The notes under the pieces: generated by a model | What the model was told of the DNA's origin: nothing | Database searches by the model: none | Seen by the model: the letters and a program-made list of their open reading frames with translations, nothing else | Made by a program: the position numbers and the translations under genes | Origin: Asterias rubens | Taxonomy: Eukaryota | Direction: 5' to 3' | Assembly (NCBI RefSeq): GCF_902459465.1 | Contig: NC_047062.1 | Location: 3,286,001 to 3,350,000 of the forward strand | DNA length: 64,000 bases | Shown here: positions 10,687 to 25,600 of the stretch, piece by piece | How the letters are laid out: every line of letters begins with the position of its first letter | How positions within the stretch are numbered: the first letter of the stretch is position 1

Positions 10687-13600
10687 ATGTCGTGTGTGTT
10701 GACCAATATTGGGTGTTTTGAGGATAGTTTTGCGGTGCGGAAATTTCTCTTTCCCAATAACAAAGAAGCTAAAAAAGAAGATATTGGACTTGGTAAGTTT
10801 ACTTATTTTTCAAAAAGTGACGTTCACGTTGTGTTGTTGAAAATGACCATAGTTTTTGTGTATTTTTGAGTAGTAATGTAGTCCAGTTTGGACTCCTCCA
10901 GTCCATACTACAATGCCTCAGCTACCATAACATGTGACAGAAACATGCTGGAGGCTGGATACGTCAAGTTTGCCAGACATGACAAGACAAATTGAATCTT
11001 GACAATTGGCTCAACTCAACAAAACAAAATGAACTGATTTGGGTTGAACTTTGAGTTCAGGCCCATTTCATTGTGCAAAGGGCACTTCCATTGGAAATCG
11101 TTAAAGTCTGGGAACATGTTGAAGGAATACCGGGGCAGTGAAGGTCATGGCCTCCTTGCGGTCCTACTACTTGCCGTAAACTTGCCGACTTGCCGTCAAC
11201 TCGCCGTCAACTCATTTTCGTGCCGTCAACTCATTAAATTTACATGAAAAATCTATAAAAAGGGGGCACGGAAGTGTTAAGTCTGGGCTATACTACATAT
11301 TTCTCATGGTTTTTGGTAAAAATTCATTCACAAAAACGACTTTGTGTTGATAAAAAAAAAGTACCAATCATTGACATCTTGGGCTAAGACTAATCATTGT
11401 GAAAAAGCAAGATGGCGGCCGACAGTTTTTCGGCTTCAAGAAATGCTCTTTGAGCTGATACTTTACATTTCTATGCTTCTTTTGTGGATTTTAAATGTAT
11501 ACTGGAGGAGTTGACGGCGAGTTGACGGCGCAAGTGAGTTGACGGCGAGTTGACAGCAAGTAGTAGGACCCCCTCCTTGGCCTCTGTTTAGTTCCAGGCC
11601 TGAAATTTCAGAAATGTCAACAAAGTATGCTACACAGATTGATAGTGGTATTATTTTATATATTATGAAATACACACATACCAAAAACTGCAATGACATT
11701 CAAAGCTTTTTTTTGTAAAATGTTTCAACTATATATAACAATATTTATTTTTGTTCAGATGGTTGGGATGATGCTGACTGGGGATGGAACCAAGATGAAG
11801 AAGTAAGTATAAATAGATCCAAGGAAGCCGGATCAATACTAGCCACCCCCGCAAGCTTGAAGCTGGTGCGCGCAATCTTCAAGATGGGCCATGTAAACTT
11901 CAAGCTTGTTGGAGTGAAATTTGCGTGGGCAATTTAATTCGGCTATCAAGTTTACGTGCTCAGCGGAGGCTTAAGTTTGCGCCAGGATTGAAGTGTGAAT
12001 ATCTCTTTTGAGAAACTTCAAAGCACTTGTGTTGGTTCTGAAAAAAAACCGGTGATTAGCCACTAAACGTTTTGGTCGGTATGCTGTGATCTTTTTAAGT
12101 TTGCGCCAGGATTGAAGTGTGAAAATCTCTTTTGAGAAACTTCAAAGCACTTGTGTTGGTTCTGAAAAGAACCGGTGATTAGCCACTAAACGTTTTGATC
12201 GGTATGCTGTGATCTTTTTCATGAGAATGCAGGACTATGTTGCTAGATGCTGCTTAAGTACTGCCTTGTAGGGTTTTGCTTATATTGGTTTTCATCTGGA
12301 GGGCAGTGATTAATTGACTCTACAATCAAAAAGTGAAATAAAAAGTGTGTATGTCGTGTGTGTATTTAAGTTAAAATACATTTTTAGACACGCAAAACCA
12401 AAATGCATTTCACTGGATATATTTTACATGTTACAATGAAACATTAATAATAAATTATTTCCCTCCAGCAAAATTGTAAACTTATCATTGTTTTGTCTCC
12501 AGGAGGAGGAGAGTAAAGAAGAAAAGAAAGATGAGCAGGAGAATTGGTTGCAAGAATGTCAAATGTCTTTGTCTCCAACAAATGACCTGATGGTTATGGC
12601 GTACGAGGAGAGGGTGGTATTCCTGCAACGTAAGTGCCTTTTCATTTTCATTAGGGCCTTATCAATATAGGGATGAGATTGTTCAGACTTTTGGTTGAAT
12701 TCAGACCTTTTATGTCGGCCTGGTGAAGAAAATCAGACAATATTTTTCCCACAAATAAAGAAATCCTGCTCATTGGTCTACTTTTCTAGTGCCTTGGATA
12801 CTGTTTCCAAAAGCTCCGTGGAATCTTTAACCCCAGGGGAATACCAAACAGCAGAAATGCCATCATTTCAACATACCTTTGAATTTGTGTCCAAGTTTCA
12901 GACTTTTTCGTTAATAATGACTCTCACCCCTGATCATGGGATACTACTAATAATAAAAATTATAAAGACTTATAATGCTCTCGTATCCACCCTGCTGGGT
13001 GTTCAAAGTGAAGTAAAACCAAAAACAAAACGAAAGAAAACGGACGCAACCTAAAGTAGTCCTTGAAAACCTGTGACATAATTACATTTTGAGAATGATT
13101 TGGATACTAAATGGTACTAGGGTTATAAATGCATATCTGCGAGGGTACAGGTTTGAAAATAGTTTTCTGAGCGCCACGGCAGCTTGGGACTGTATTCTCT
13201 CTAGGGAGTCCACAAAGATTATTGGAATCTTATTGACATTGATACCCTATTGTAAAATGGAGAACAAGTTATTACTTTTACTATTATTGTACTTTTTGTT
13301 GCTGATAAAATTTGGTTTGCCCATAACTTTGTCAGTAAAAAGCGGAAGGGACTAGTTTGTATGATGGTTCACCCTAGTCAGCAATTTTTTTCACCGTCCA
13401 TACTTCATATTGAATAGGAATGCTTATCATCTATAGGCCTTTATCATAGGACATACTAAACGATACTAGGGGTATAAATGGATACCTGTGAGGGTACAGG
13501 TTGATATTGTGTTTGTAATAGCCTTCTGAGTGTCATGGCAGCTTGGGGTCCAGAAAGATTACAGGAATCTTATTGACATTGATACGTTATTGCAAAAATG

Positions 13601-16600
13601 CACTAGGCCTATATAAGAACAAATTATTACTATTACTACTATTAATTTTGTTTTTTTACCCATATACACCGATGTGTGTTAGCACTGTATATAAGCTTGG
13701 GCGATACCACGATATTATCGAATATTGCGATATTAATTTGGAAACGATTTCGATATCGGATTGATTTGGTTTTAATCGAAAGATCGATATATCGCGATAT
13801 CGATTAAGTATCGCAATATCGCAATGTATTTCCTATCTGAGACATCTTGCACCCCATAGGTTTGGAGTAAAACCAGAAGAATAGGTCATTAGAACACCTC
13901 TCTTATGCTATGACTGTCTCTTCTACAAATTTCACTGGGAGTTTGAAGACTGATGATGTAAAATTTAATTAATCGCGATTATATCGAATATCGCGATATA
14001 TTGTCGGCGATATATCGTGAATAAAATAAATCGATATCGCCCAAGCTTAACTGTATACTCAGTACTTCCCGAGTTCTGTTAAAAAATATCATAGGCATGT
14101 TACTCGAGTGGGATTCGAGTAACATGCCTGTGATATATTTTTGACAGGACTCGTGAAGTACTGAGTATACAGTGCTAACACACATCGGTGTATATGGGTT
14201 AACAACCCAAAATTCATAGTCTTTTTCCCCGATGCAAATTTAACATCTATTATATTACTACTATTGTTTTTGTTTTGTTTTTGCTGATAAAATTTGGTTT
14301 GCCCATAACTTTGTCAGGAAAAAGAGGAAGGGACTAGTTTGCATGATGTTTCACTCTAGGCCAGAATTTGTTTCACTAGTCCATATTTTATATTGCATAG
14401 GGGTGATTTTCAATACAGAACTAGTTGAGAGGATTTTGACTGGTCTTCGGGTGTTTTAAATAGAATTTTGCCGGCGAACCACTGTTAAGGGAGAATGCTG
14501 CAGAAGGAAATACTATGCGAGGGCACAAATGAATGCATTAATGAAAAAAAGTTGTTCATTTTGGTTGATTTTCTCCTGCAGAGAAATGGGACCCCAGGGA
14601 TGACGATGGGATAGATTATCGATACCACACTGTCTATAAAGGAGCTCTCAATCAGGACGAAGGGTGAGTTCAGAGTCCCAATCTCTACATCATTAACTAT
14701 CACTTGAAGACGCCCATCTTGTCTGCCATTTTGGGAGTAAACTTGGATCCAAAATGTGCTCAAATGAATTGACTCCCAAAAGGTTGAAATGGTAGTTGCA
14801 CATTGTTCAGATGTGCGTTCTGTGTTGTTTTAGGGGTCTATACAAGGTTTGATGAGTGGTTATGGTAATCAAAAGGCATGTTTTCTCGAGAGCGATAATA
14901 ATTTGTTGAGAATGTTAAAACTAGGGTTAATACCTGCACCAATCCGCCAGAGAAATATTTCCATGTGAAAAACTGTTGAATCCAAGGAAATACCAGATGG
15001 AGACAGAGATGTACTCATACCTAAACTTTCTTGAAATGTTCAAGCTTAAGGTTAAAAAGCAAATGTAATATACTCTGCACTAATCTTAAACATACAAATT
15101 ATTTGTGTGAATTGTCTACAATTAACATGAACACTTTTGGGGTATATAAATGAAATCTTTCACCATTACTAAGGAAACCTTGCTATTCACTTTATGTCTA
15201 GTTTTTCTCATGTACAGGAATACTTTGTGTTGTACTATTTCTCTTTTGTCATGACATGTTTGAAGTGACAGAGAGTGCGTGACCAGTTTTGTGTCTAGTT
15301 TTCCTTCTTTATAGGAATACTTTGTATTGTACAATTTCTCTTATTTCGTGACACGTTGGATGATTACAGAGAGTGCGTGACCAGCGTTTTGTGCATACCT
15401 CTGGCATCTCAAAAGCGCAGTTCACACGGGGCACCAAACTGGACTTGTGTCGTTGTTGGCTTCACGTCTGGATATGTCCGTATGTATACTGAGGTGAGTT
15501 GGAATTCTTATGGTAGTCAGAATAAGCCCTTGCCACCTCACTTGTTGGGACTGGTGCTCCATTTATATTTTGCTTAGCAAAGAATTTTGCTAAGTAGCAT
15601 TTTCTGCACAGCTTTATGAAATTGGGTCCAGTTGGTTATATCATTTTAACAAGGAGACAAGTTCAATTACAGTTTTTTCTTTATTTTTACAAAAAAATAT
15701 ATACTAGTAATTGATGTGAATAAAAGACTAGTTTCTCAGTCCTACACAGCTGCTTGAAACCTTTACACTCGGTCCATTATCGCATGGCTATGACCCTGCT
15801 GTTTTTTTCAAAGGCTGTCTACCCCCTTAATTAAGAGTAACAATATTGACAACTCTCCCATTTTGAACCCACCATGTACTATACCTTTCCATCTTTAGAC
15901 TGGTGCACTACTGCTGTCTCAGCTCCTCCACGAGGACCCCATTCTAAAGCTCAAGTGTCGTACCTATGAGATTCCCCGGTACCCTGGGATAGCCGAGCAA
16001 CAGGAAGAGCTGACAATACTGTATCCCAGTGCACTGGTAACCATCGATGGTTTCAGCCTGTTCCAATCCCTCAGGGCATGCAGAAATCAACTGGCAAGAG
16101 GTAAGGGACTTAAGCTGTGTACGGATTGTTGGCTATGGCTATGGCTAAGGGTTTTGCTAAGGGTGTTGCTATGGGCATCCTATGCTTCAATGCTGGTTCA
16201 CAATCAAGTCAAAGCCGTAGCCGCTAATATGGAACTGTTATAAACATTTTCTGCTTGAAGGTAAAATACGGAATCGTTAAGGATAAAAAACAACACTGTT
16301 TAGTTTTAGTCTGAATGCTTAGTGTTTAATAAGTTTATACCAGACCCGTTTTTTTTCTTTTAGATCTTGCCCTCTGAAATGGAAAGAGAAAACTATCTGA
16401 AAACCTTTTAAAAATCCTTAACAGCTGATTTTGGTTGTTATTTTGGTTGTTACAACCAAAGTTAAGGACAATGTGTTTGCATTGTTTTTCACAGTTTTCT
16501 TCTGACTCGCACAACGGATTAAAGCCATTATACACTTTCGGTAAACAGTATTGTCCAAGTCCCACACTTCGTGTATCACAACTTATATATAAAACAACAA

Positions 16601-19600
16601 ACCTGTGAAAATTTAGGCTCAATCGGTCATCGGAGTCGGGAGAAAATAACGGGAAAACCCACTCTTGTTTCCGCGCATTTCACCGTGTCATGACATGTGT
16701 TTAAAATAAATCCGAAATTCTCGTTAACGAGAATTGATATTGTTTTATCGTTTTCTCAAAAAGTAAAGCATTTCATGGACTAATATTTCAAGAGAAGTCT
16801 TTCACCATTACCTTTTTTTGTTTTCTCTGTACCGAAAGGGTCCAATGGCTTTAAGCCCAAATTTTCACAGGTTTCTCATTTCATGTATCTGATCACACAA
16901 AACAAGAAACACTGTCTGTGACTATTTTGTCATCTCTACCAGTTCTGTATAATACCTTTAAAAGCTTTTTAAAGTTAGGCCTCTGTTGACCAACAAGAGT
17001 GCATACAGTCATGCTAATATTTTGTTCCCCCTTGATTTGTAGCTGCAGCCAGTGGCAGTGACCAGATTCAACCACCTCCTCTGGCTTATAAGAAGTGGGG
17101 ACTAGTCAGACAGGATGCCACGACGGATCACATTAGCTGTGGTAAGTTCACTAAAGTTTGCATGAAGGGAGGGTTTATTTAAAACTAAAACAAAATTAAT
17201 TGCAGCATACTGCTGAATTGCGACATAATTCACAATTGTTAAAAACATTACAATAGAAAACACATTATGAAAACACGATGATATTGCAAAACAAAGTTCA
17301 ACTCAGAAATGCACCAAGAATATCTTATTAAAAACCAGAAAAGGAGAGCAATACAACTTAGGAGATTGGTGGGGTAGGGGCAAGGGGCTGTTTCGAAATC
17401 TGCTCGTCTTACTGTTAAAGACAGTGGACACAGAGGTTGATGGTATAAAACATTGTGAGAAACAGCTCCCTCTGAAGTGACATAGTTTTGGAGAAAGAAG
17501 TAATTTTCCACGAGTTTGAGGTCTCGAAATCAAGCATCAGAAAGCACACAACTTCGGGTGAATAGGGTGTTTTTTCTTTCATTATTATCTCGCAACTTCA
17601 ACGACCGATTGAGCTCAAATGTTCACAGGTTTGTTACATGTATTTTATGCATATGTTGAGATACACTGACTGTGAAGACTAGTCTTTGACAGTTACTAAT
17701 GGTGTCCACTGCCTTTAAATCTATGACCCTACCTTTAGTTCGTTAGAGAGCATTTTTTTTCTGTATAATTATCACAATACCACCAATCCTTCAATTTTTT
17801 GTTGCTGTAAAAGATTTCACCTTAGATATTATGACGTGGAAATTTGGTTTTGTTTTTGGAAACATCCAGAATGTCAACAAAAAAAATGTTTTTATATTAT
17901 TATTAATATCAATCTTACTCGATCCTTGTCACACTCTGGACCATCACTGGTCCATGGAACAAACTCTCCCCAAATACTCTGACATGTCATTACTTATACC
18001 AGCTTCAAAACTCATTTGAAAATTTATTTTTGTGCTTAGAATGTCATCTATATAATCATTGTAGACCAACTTGCTTCTGCATCTCTCCTGCGCCAAGAGT
18101 GTCTTTAAGACAGACTTGGCACATTGTAAAGGCCAACTATTATAATTATCATTATTTATTCAAGCTAGGGTGATGTAGTAAATGCGTGTAATTTATAGCC
18201 TACCTTTGATTACCTATCCTTCAAACTGGGTCTGACTAGTGTTGCTTCGTCTCTCTCTCTACACCCATTTCAAGGTGTGGTAACGCCATGTGCCTTTGAC
18301 CAGCTCAACGCAGACTCCATCATTCATGGATACACAGCGAGTGTCAAGGCCACGCCTCCTGCTTCCTCTCGCTATGTAACCACGGGTGTCGGCCCTTTTG
18401 TAGGCTTCTTCTATGCATTGGAGGTGAGACAAGATCCTGGATCATTCATAGCACTAATGATATTACAGGAAAATTTACTCGCTCCGTAGACGAGGGGCCT
18501 AATTTCATAGAGCTGCTCAAACAGAAACGATTGCTGAACAATTTAAAGCCAAGTAGAAATAGGCAGGGTACCAGTCACAAGATATGTGACAAGAAATTTT
18601 GGCTGGTAATCTCATTAGGCCTAAAAAAAAATTGTTGGATTGCCCTATCCTGAGCGAGTTTTTTCCCCTATTTTTTACTTCCGAATTTTGATTTCATGAA
18701 TATTTTATGCCTACAAAACGGTAGATTTGACACAAATATTTGTTTTCGGCCGACTACTTGCTGTTGACAATAATTATCAATTGCAAAAGTGCAACGTACA
18801 TGTAGATCGATTTCCCTCACATGCACGGATAGGGCGAGCCTGTGTCACATATCAAACCACACGCACGTTTATCCGACATCACGATTTCACAAGGAACCAG
18901 TGTAACAATCCATTGAACAACAGAGGGGGCTGTTGCCAGTAATGTCCATATATGGTATCGCTCGTTTATTGAACGGACGAAAAACATAATGAAATGACTC
19001 TTGGAAATTGTTTTTGAAGAAATTTGCTAAAATAAAGACGCAAACAGAGCGCTTGAAGCGAGATGTATAAGATGATTAATACCTTGCTTGTTTTGACAAC
19101 TAGATCTTTCATGAAGTGTTCATGCAGTTTTGGGCATTCTTTGACATCTATAAAAAAACAAATAAATAAAAAATCGATCGACCGACCCAAGCAAAAAATC
19201 GGGTGAAAGGGCAATCCAACATATTTTTTTTGTTGGCCTTATGGTAAGCGTTATGCAGCTCTATGAAATGTATATTTTGTATGAACTAATTAAATGGACA
19301 ACAATAGATTTTTTCATTACAACAGTGTTCCTTTTCCTTTGGCCCCCAAATCCTGATAATTATAGGATCTGACCATTACTAGAATCAATACCCAACATCA
19401 AAAATATTAATTTTCCTTGTGTTTTTGTTACCAACCAATACATGAAATAATAATACAATGGGTGGTGTTCGTTGTTGATTTAGAAAGATTCTGTTTTCAA
19501 ATGTATTTATTTGTGTTTATTCTTTCGTGTGTGTTTCTTTCTATTTAAAGGGAATCAGCCAGCCATTATTGTCTGACGTTGCCATGGCAATGGCAAGTAA

Positions 19601-22600
19601 ACTGAAGTCTGCGTTCTTATCTGCTGCAAGGTTGGTTGTGTGTAGAGTTGTCAAAATCTGTTTGAGGGTGTCCATAAATATAAGAACAGTACTATGAGCA
19701 ACTACCATTGTATTGGCACCTGATAAAAGTAATGATTGATTGATTAATTGAAATGCATTAAATTGTTACTGTATAACTAAGCTTGGGCGATACCAGAATA
19801 TTATCAAATATCGCGATACTAATTTGGAAACGATTTCAATATCGGATCGATTTGGTTTTAATCGAAATATCGATATATCGCGATATCGATTAAGTATCGC
19901 AATATCGCGATATCGATTAAGTATCGCAATATCGCGATGTATTTCCTAGCTGAGACATCTTGCATCCCATAGGTTTGGAGTAAAACCAGAAGAATAGGTC
20001 ATTAGAACACCTCTCTTATGCTGTGACTGTCTCTTCTACAACTTTCACTGGGAGTTTGAAGACTGATGATGTCAAATTTAATTAATCGCGATTATATCGA
20101 ATATCGCGATATATTGTCGGCGATATATCGTGAATAAAATAAATGTATATCGCCCAAGCTAAATAGTAACAGACTTTTGAATTTGAATTTTGGGTGAACA
20201 AAGAAATAATGACCAGATTGAACAGTTTGAGACCGGATTTCATGCCAGCATTCTGCTAACTGAACTATCTAGCCCTATGATGGCAAGCAAACTCCCTATC
20301 TTTTAATATCTTTGTTTTGGTGTGACAGTCAGAACCATAAAGACCCAATATTAAAGGCAGTGGACACTATTGGTAATTACTCAAAATAATTATTAGCATA
20401 AACCTTATTTGGTAAAAAGTAATGGGGAGAGGTTGATAGCATAAAACATTGTGAGAAACGGCTCCCTCTGAAGAGACGTAATTTTCGAGAAAGAAGTAAT
20501 TTTCCACGAATTTGATTTCAAGACCTCAGATTTAGAATTTAGGTCTCGAAATCAAGCATCTGAAAGCACACAACGTCGTGTGATAATGGTGTTTTTTCTT
20601 TCGTTATTATCTCGCAACTTCGATGACCGATTGAGCTCAAATTTTCACAGGTTTGTTATTTCATCCATATGTTGAGATACAGCAAGTGAGAAGACTGGTC
20701 TTTGACAATTACCAATAGTGTCCAGTGTCTGTTTAAAGATCATTTATCAAGGAAACTGACTGGGTGAATTTCAATAAAGTTGAATGGAACAAAGAAAAAA
20801 TCATCAAGACCAGGATTTAAATCTGACTTTCAGATTAACATTGCCTCTTAGAAGTGCCTCTTACAAAAGGAAAATTACTGTGCCCCTTCAAGAGTGAAAT
20901 AATAATCCCGAAGTCTTATACAGCGCACGTATCTACCTAACAAGGTACTTAAGGCGCTGAGTATATACAAACTTTCAGAAAGATAGTTTATTGAAGTGAT
21001 GAATTCTGAGACCCAAATATGTAGCATCTTATAATGTTTACAAGGTGTACGGCGCATACAGCAGCCACAGCCAGGAACACCGGGGCGAACCCCTTCTCTT
21101 TTCGATAAGTGCATTGGGTTCTTTTACATGCTTTATACCACACACAGGACCAACGGCTTTACACCCTATCCGAAGGACGAAGCAATGGCTGGGGATTCGA
21201 ACCCACACTCTGCTGATCAGAAACACCAGAGTTTGAATTCAATGCTCTTAATCGCTCGGCCACGACACTTCCACAACGATTGATGTAATGCTTATTCTTG
21301 GGCCAGGGTTACTGACATTTGTTATCGTTGCAAAGTTGTTGCAAATGAAAGCTGACGTAATGACAATTTGCTTTTTCTGCTCAGTGGTTGGTTTGGCATC
21401 GGCGGTAGCAGGCAGGGTACCGAGGATCAAATAGGTGGCAACAGGCACAAGCCAAAGGTGGAACCAGCCACATCTCTTCCAATCAGGTAAGTGCATTTTT
21501 GATGATTCTTTGTCCTTGATGGAATGAAATTGATAAAAAACTCAATGGAAATCATTTTATCACCTGATGGTGACTAGAGCAAGCTAGTCGAAACGTTGAG
21601 ACAGTTAATAGGGATCCTATGTGGGATGACACTCCTGGAGCTCCGTATATAAGCTAAAAAAGTAGTCCTACCTTCCAACCAGGTAGTAGACAAACAAAGC
21701 AGGACAGCTCTTTTCAGATCTGAGAAGTCTCCCAAACGATCTGAAAAATCTACTCTGCGTTAGTTCTCTAAAGGACAAACTTTACCTGGCAAGTAGATAC
21801 ACACATGGTGTTCCTGAAAACCAAATATATATTGATACCTCACCATGCAATGCCTCAAATCACATATAATTTTATCATTATCATCAAATTGTGTATGTTT
21901 ACTGTAAATCTGTGGGCATTGTTTTATTGTGTTAATGCAGATCTCCAGTTAATATTTCCGTTCAATGTTAAAATTTATTACCAAAATGTGATGAAAATAG
22001 GGGTCAACATTCGCTTCTTTATTATCTTAAATATCAAGTAATAAACCACAAGGGAAATTGACTGGGTAATTTTTAACTAACATTAGGTTGATCAAGTTTA
22101 AACTGACTATAGTTTAACTGGAGGTCGCAGGTTCAAGTCCTGTTCTAGTCAAATGGTCTTTGCTCAACCTAAAATTATTTCATACTTTAGTCAAGAAAAC
22201 ATGAAAGGCATAGTGAACAAAGTTTCATTTCATTTGAAAGTAAAAGCAAGCAAGTCAATACTTTAAACATCCATTGAAACGTCAAGCTGAAACCTGAGGT
22301 TCTTTTCAGAACCCAACCCCCTCCCCCACCACCTCATTTATGTACATGGTGTTACCGTAAACCTTTCCATATCCATTGAATTATTAAGAAAACAGTTTGT
22401 AATTTTGTTTCCGTCGTACATGTTTGCCTAACAAAAAGCTGCAAACTAATATATACATAGAAATTGTTGCTGTATTTTTTTGAGAAAGTGTACATTTTCA
22501 AATTTTTAAAATTGGAAGGGAAGCGGCATAAAATACAAGTAAAGCTTCCACAAAGTAGGGCACTTGCGAATTCACAGGCATTTTTTGAATAATTATAACC

Positions 22601-25600
22601 TAAAAGCGTCATAATATTTGTCAAATAAATCTACATGTACATATGTAACGATGAAAAATCTGCATTATATAATTATAACATAAAAGCGGCAATATATTTG
22701 TCAATTATAATTTTACACATTTGTGACGATGACATATTATATTTGTCTTGGGTTGTGCAGTTTTTCCACCTTTGGTCACATTTATTCCGTGTTGTGTTTG
22801 CAGCTAATGTTAATAGTTTCTTTTGCAAAACTGCCTCAAAGTGATATACATTTGGTTAACCAGGGTAGCCCAATCAGTTATCAACAAACAATTACAGAGT
22901 AAAATAGCCATACAACTAATCAAGATAAAGTCATTAGCAGAAAAATCCTTAAAATTATACAAAATTACATGAGAATGTATATGAATAATAAATGTTATGA
23001 GTGCAAGATTTAAACAAGACATAGCCTTGAAAGTGTTCTCTCCGTTGCATGAATGTAAATAATTTATTAATGGTTTTATATAATATCCGAGTAAATCTGT
23101 GTCTTTTAGAGGGAAAAACCATCATAATGCACAAGAATGCAACATGGCTTCCACTAACATACTGGGTCGCATTAAGTGTGGATACTGGTCTTTGAAACTA
23201 GTTGCTAATATGCCATTATACCTTATTACACTGGGCAATCCCCCCACCTCCCCTCCCCCGCTTCATTTGTTTGTAAACAGATGCACTGAATGCAAATGGA
23301 ACTCTTCAGTAATACAAAACGATAACAATTTAAATAATATCGAGTTTTAAGACCAGTAGGGTAAAGTTTAACTTTGGGTCGAACAAAGAAATTGATACGA
23401 TCAACGAATCAATGTGCCGGCTCTGCACTTTCTGAGCTTTGGCCCTATGTTGACGATCTCCTTATATTGTACTAATATCTTTACTCTGGGTTTTAGTCAG
23501 CAGACATACAATCATAGTCACCGATCACACCCAAATTTACAGCACAACCTGGGAAGCGGCGACCAGGAGATCACCTGAAAAGGGTTGCAACTTCTTTTTA
23601 TTTCAAATATCAAGTAATAAATTAGAATATTCCCTTCTCGGTTTTTGTCTGAAACGGCATCCCTTTAATGAACTAATGCTCTCAATAATTTTTGCAACAC
23701 TTCCAAGTAGACATGATTCGTTTGCACAGTTTTATCATCAGCATTCTGTCACTTCTGTGTGCTGTAGTTTTTAAGTTGATTTTGAAGTGGGATATATCTA
23801 TAACAACTCCTTTAAAAGTCTTATCGTCTGTGATGTATGATGTCTGTGGTGGTAATGTGCTCCAGTTTTCCATAGTTATTTTTGGGTATAAATGATTATA
23901 CCCCGGAAGTGATAACAATATTTTGAGAGCGCCCTCACACGGTCTGAAATATGGGATGTTGCCTTGCATGTCATGGCCCTCAATTTTCTTTGTGATGGAA
24001 GATTTTCAAAGAGCGGCAATCAGCTACCACAAGAGAATCGTCATTGTTAAAGGTGATTCCATAAACGTCAAACAGTTCCTTGACCTCCGTATTGGCGAAA
24101 ATACCCCCGGGGGTGTAATGGTAGATCTCATCCTTGCCGCTTCTACACTTACTTTTCTGGGCTGCCACATAGATCTCCCCCAGATCGTCACAGCAGACCC
24201 CCGTTGGGAAGACCTGGTTTCCGCTCATGTCTGACGTTTCAACAGAGAAGACTATGTTGCTGTCGAGGTCAACGGCGACCAGTCTCCCAATTTCATAGTT
24301 GGTGTAGATCAGGTGTTGAGTAGCCCTGTTGAAGGTCAGATACTGGCCGATGTGGTCGGCCGGTATGGTCTTTAGCAGAGACCCAGCATCATCTAGAAGG
24401 CCAATTCGACCTTTTTCTCTGTCGCCTACTGCAATCTTGAAGGGAACTGCGATCTCTTTCCCTGGAATCCCTTCAACCACAGTGAGGCAGGCAAGTTCTT
24501 CGGAATCCGCCCATGGTGCTACATCAAAGAGGACGTTGTTTTCTGGACCGATTATTTTGACCCTTCTCTTCTCTGCGCTGTTAGAAGTGACAACAATTCT
24601 GTCTTCTGAAGCAACAGCGATCGCAGTGGAGTAGCTTAGGGGGCCTACTTCATCTGGTAGAATCTTCATTTGCACACCGGCAGGACTGTAAACCATTAAT
24701 TGGTTACGACCTCTGTCAAAGATCAGGAGGTTTCCACTTGGAAAAGCTGCGACATGGAGCAAATCATCAAAATGGTTGGTGTTTTCCATCTCTTCACCAA
24801 CATTTGATTTCAAGTCCCATTTCTCAGTCATCAGAAACTTTCCCAGGTTTTTGTTAGACTTGCTTTCTTTGAAGTTGACATATGATAAGCCATATGGCAC
24901 AGAGTCACGTGTTGTGCTGTTCAATTCTTTCAAATGATGCTTAATTTTGGATTTTAGGCTCAAAATCTCAGAGTGACTTGCTCGTGACATGATTTTGCCA
25001 ATCTTTTTAAGGTTTTGTTTTGCCATCTTGACCTTTTTGCTGTTGTTGATTCTTACCTTTCCCAATGCTACGACTCTTTTGTTGTAAGCCAACTGAAGCG
25101 TCCCTCTCAGTCGTCTTTCCTTGTTTCTGATTTTGGCGACTTCCTGATCAGCTTTGGCTGAGATTTTCCTCTGGGCGTTACTGTTCAGCTGCTTCAGCCT
25201 GCTCTCTGCGTGTTTGGTCAGAGTCTCGGCATCTTGAAAAGACTCTCTGGATCTTTCTGCTTGGGTCATTAAACTCCCAACTTCTGATCTGCAACAGTCT
25301 ATAGCCTCCTCAATGTCAGTGTAGCTGTGGTCCGGGCTGCGGTGGTCAAGCACAGTGCACGTCGTGCATATCAGCATCTCACAGGTGATACAGAAGAAGC
25401 AGCAGTTCTGATCGCTGTGCTTGCTACACTTGGGATTTTGATCTCTCAGCTTGCTCTTGAAGGTGATCTTGCCGGACTTCAGGTCTGCCATGGGTACAAT
25501 ATTATGGTTCTTCAGGGCTGTCAAACGCTGGTGAGCATTCTGACACTCAAGACACAGAAAGTTATCACAGTCCATGCATCTTGAGACGGCGGTGTTATCC

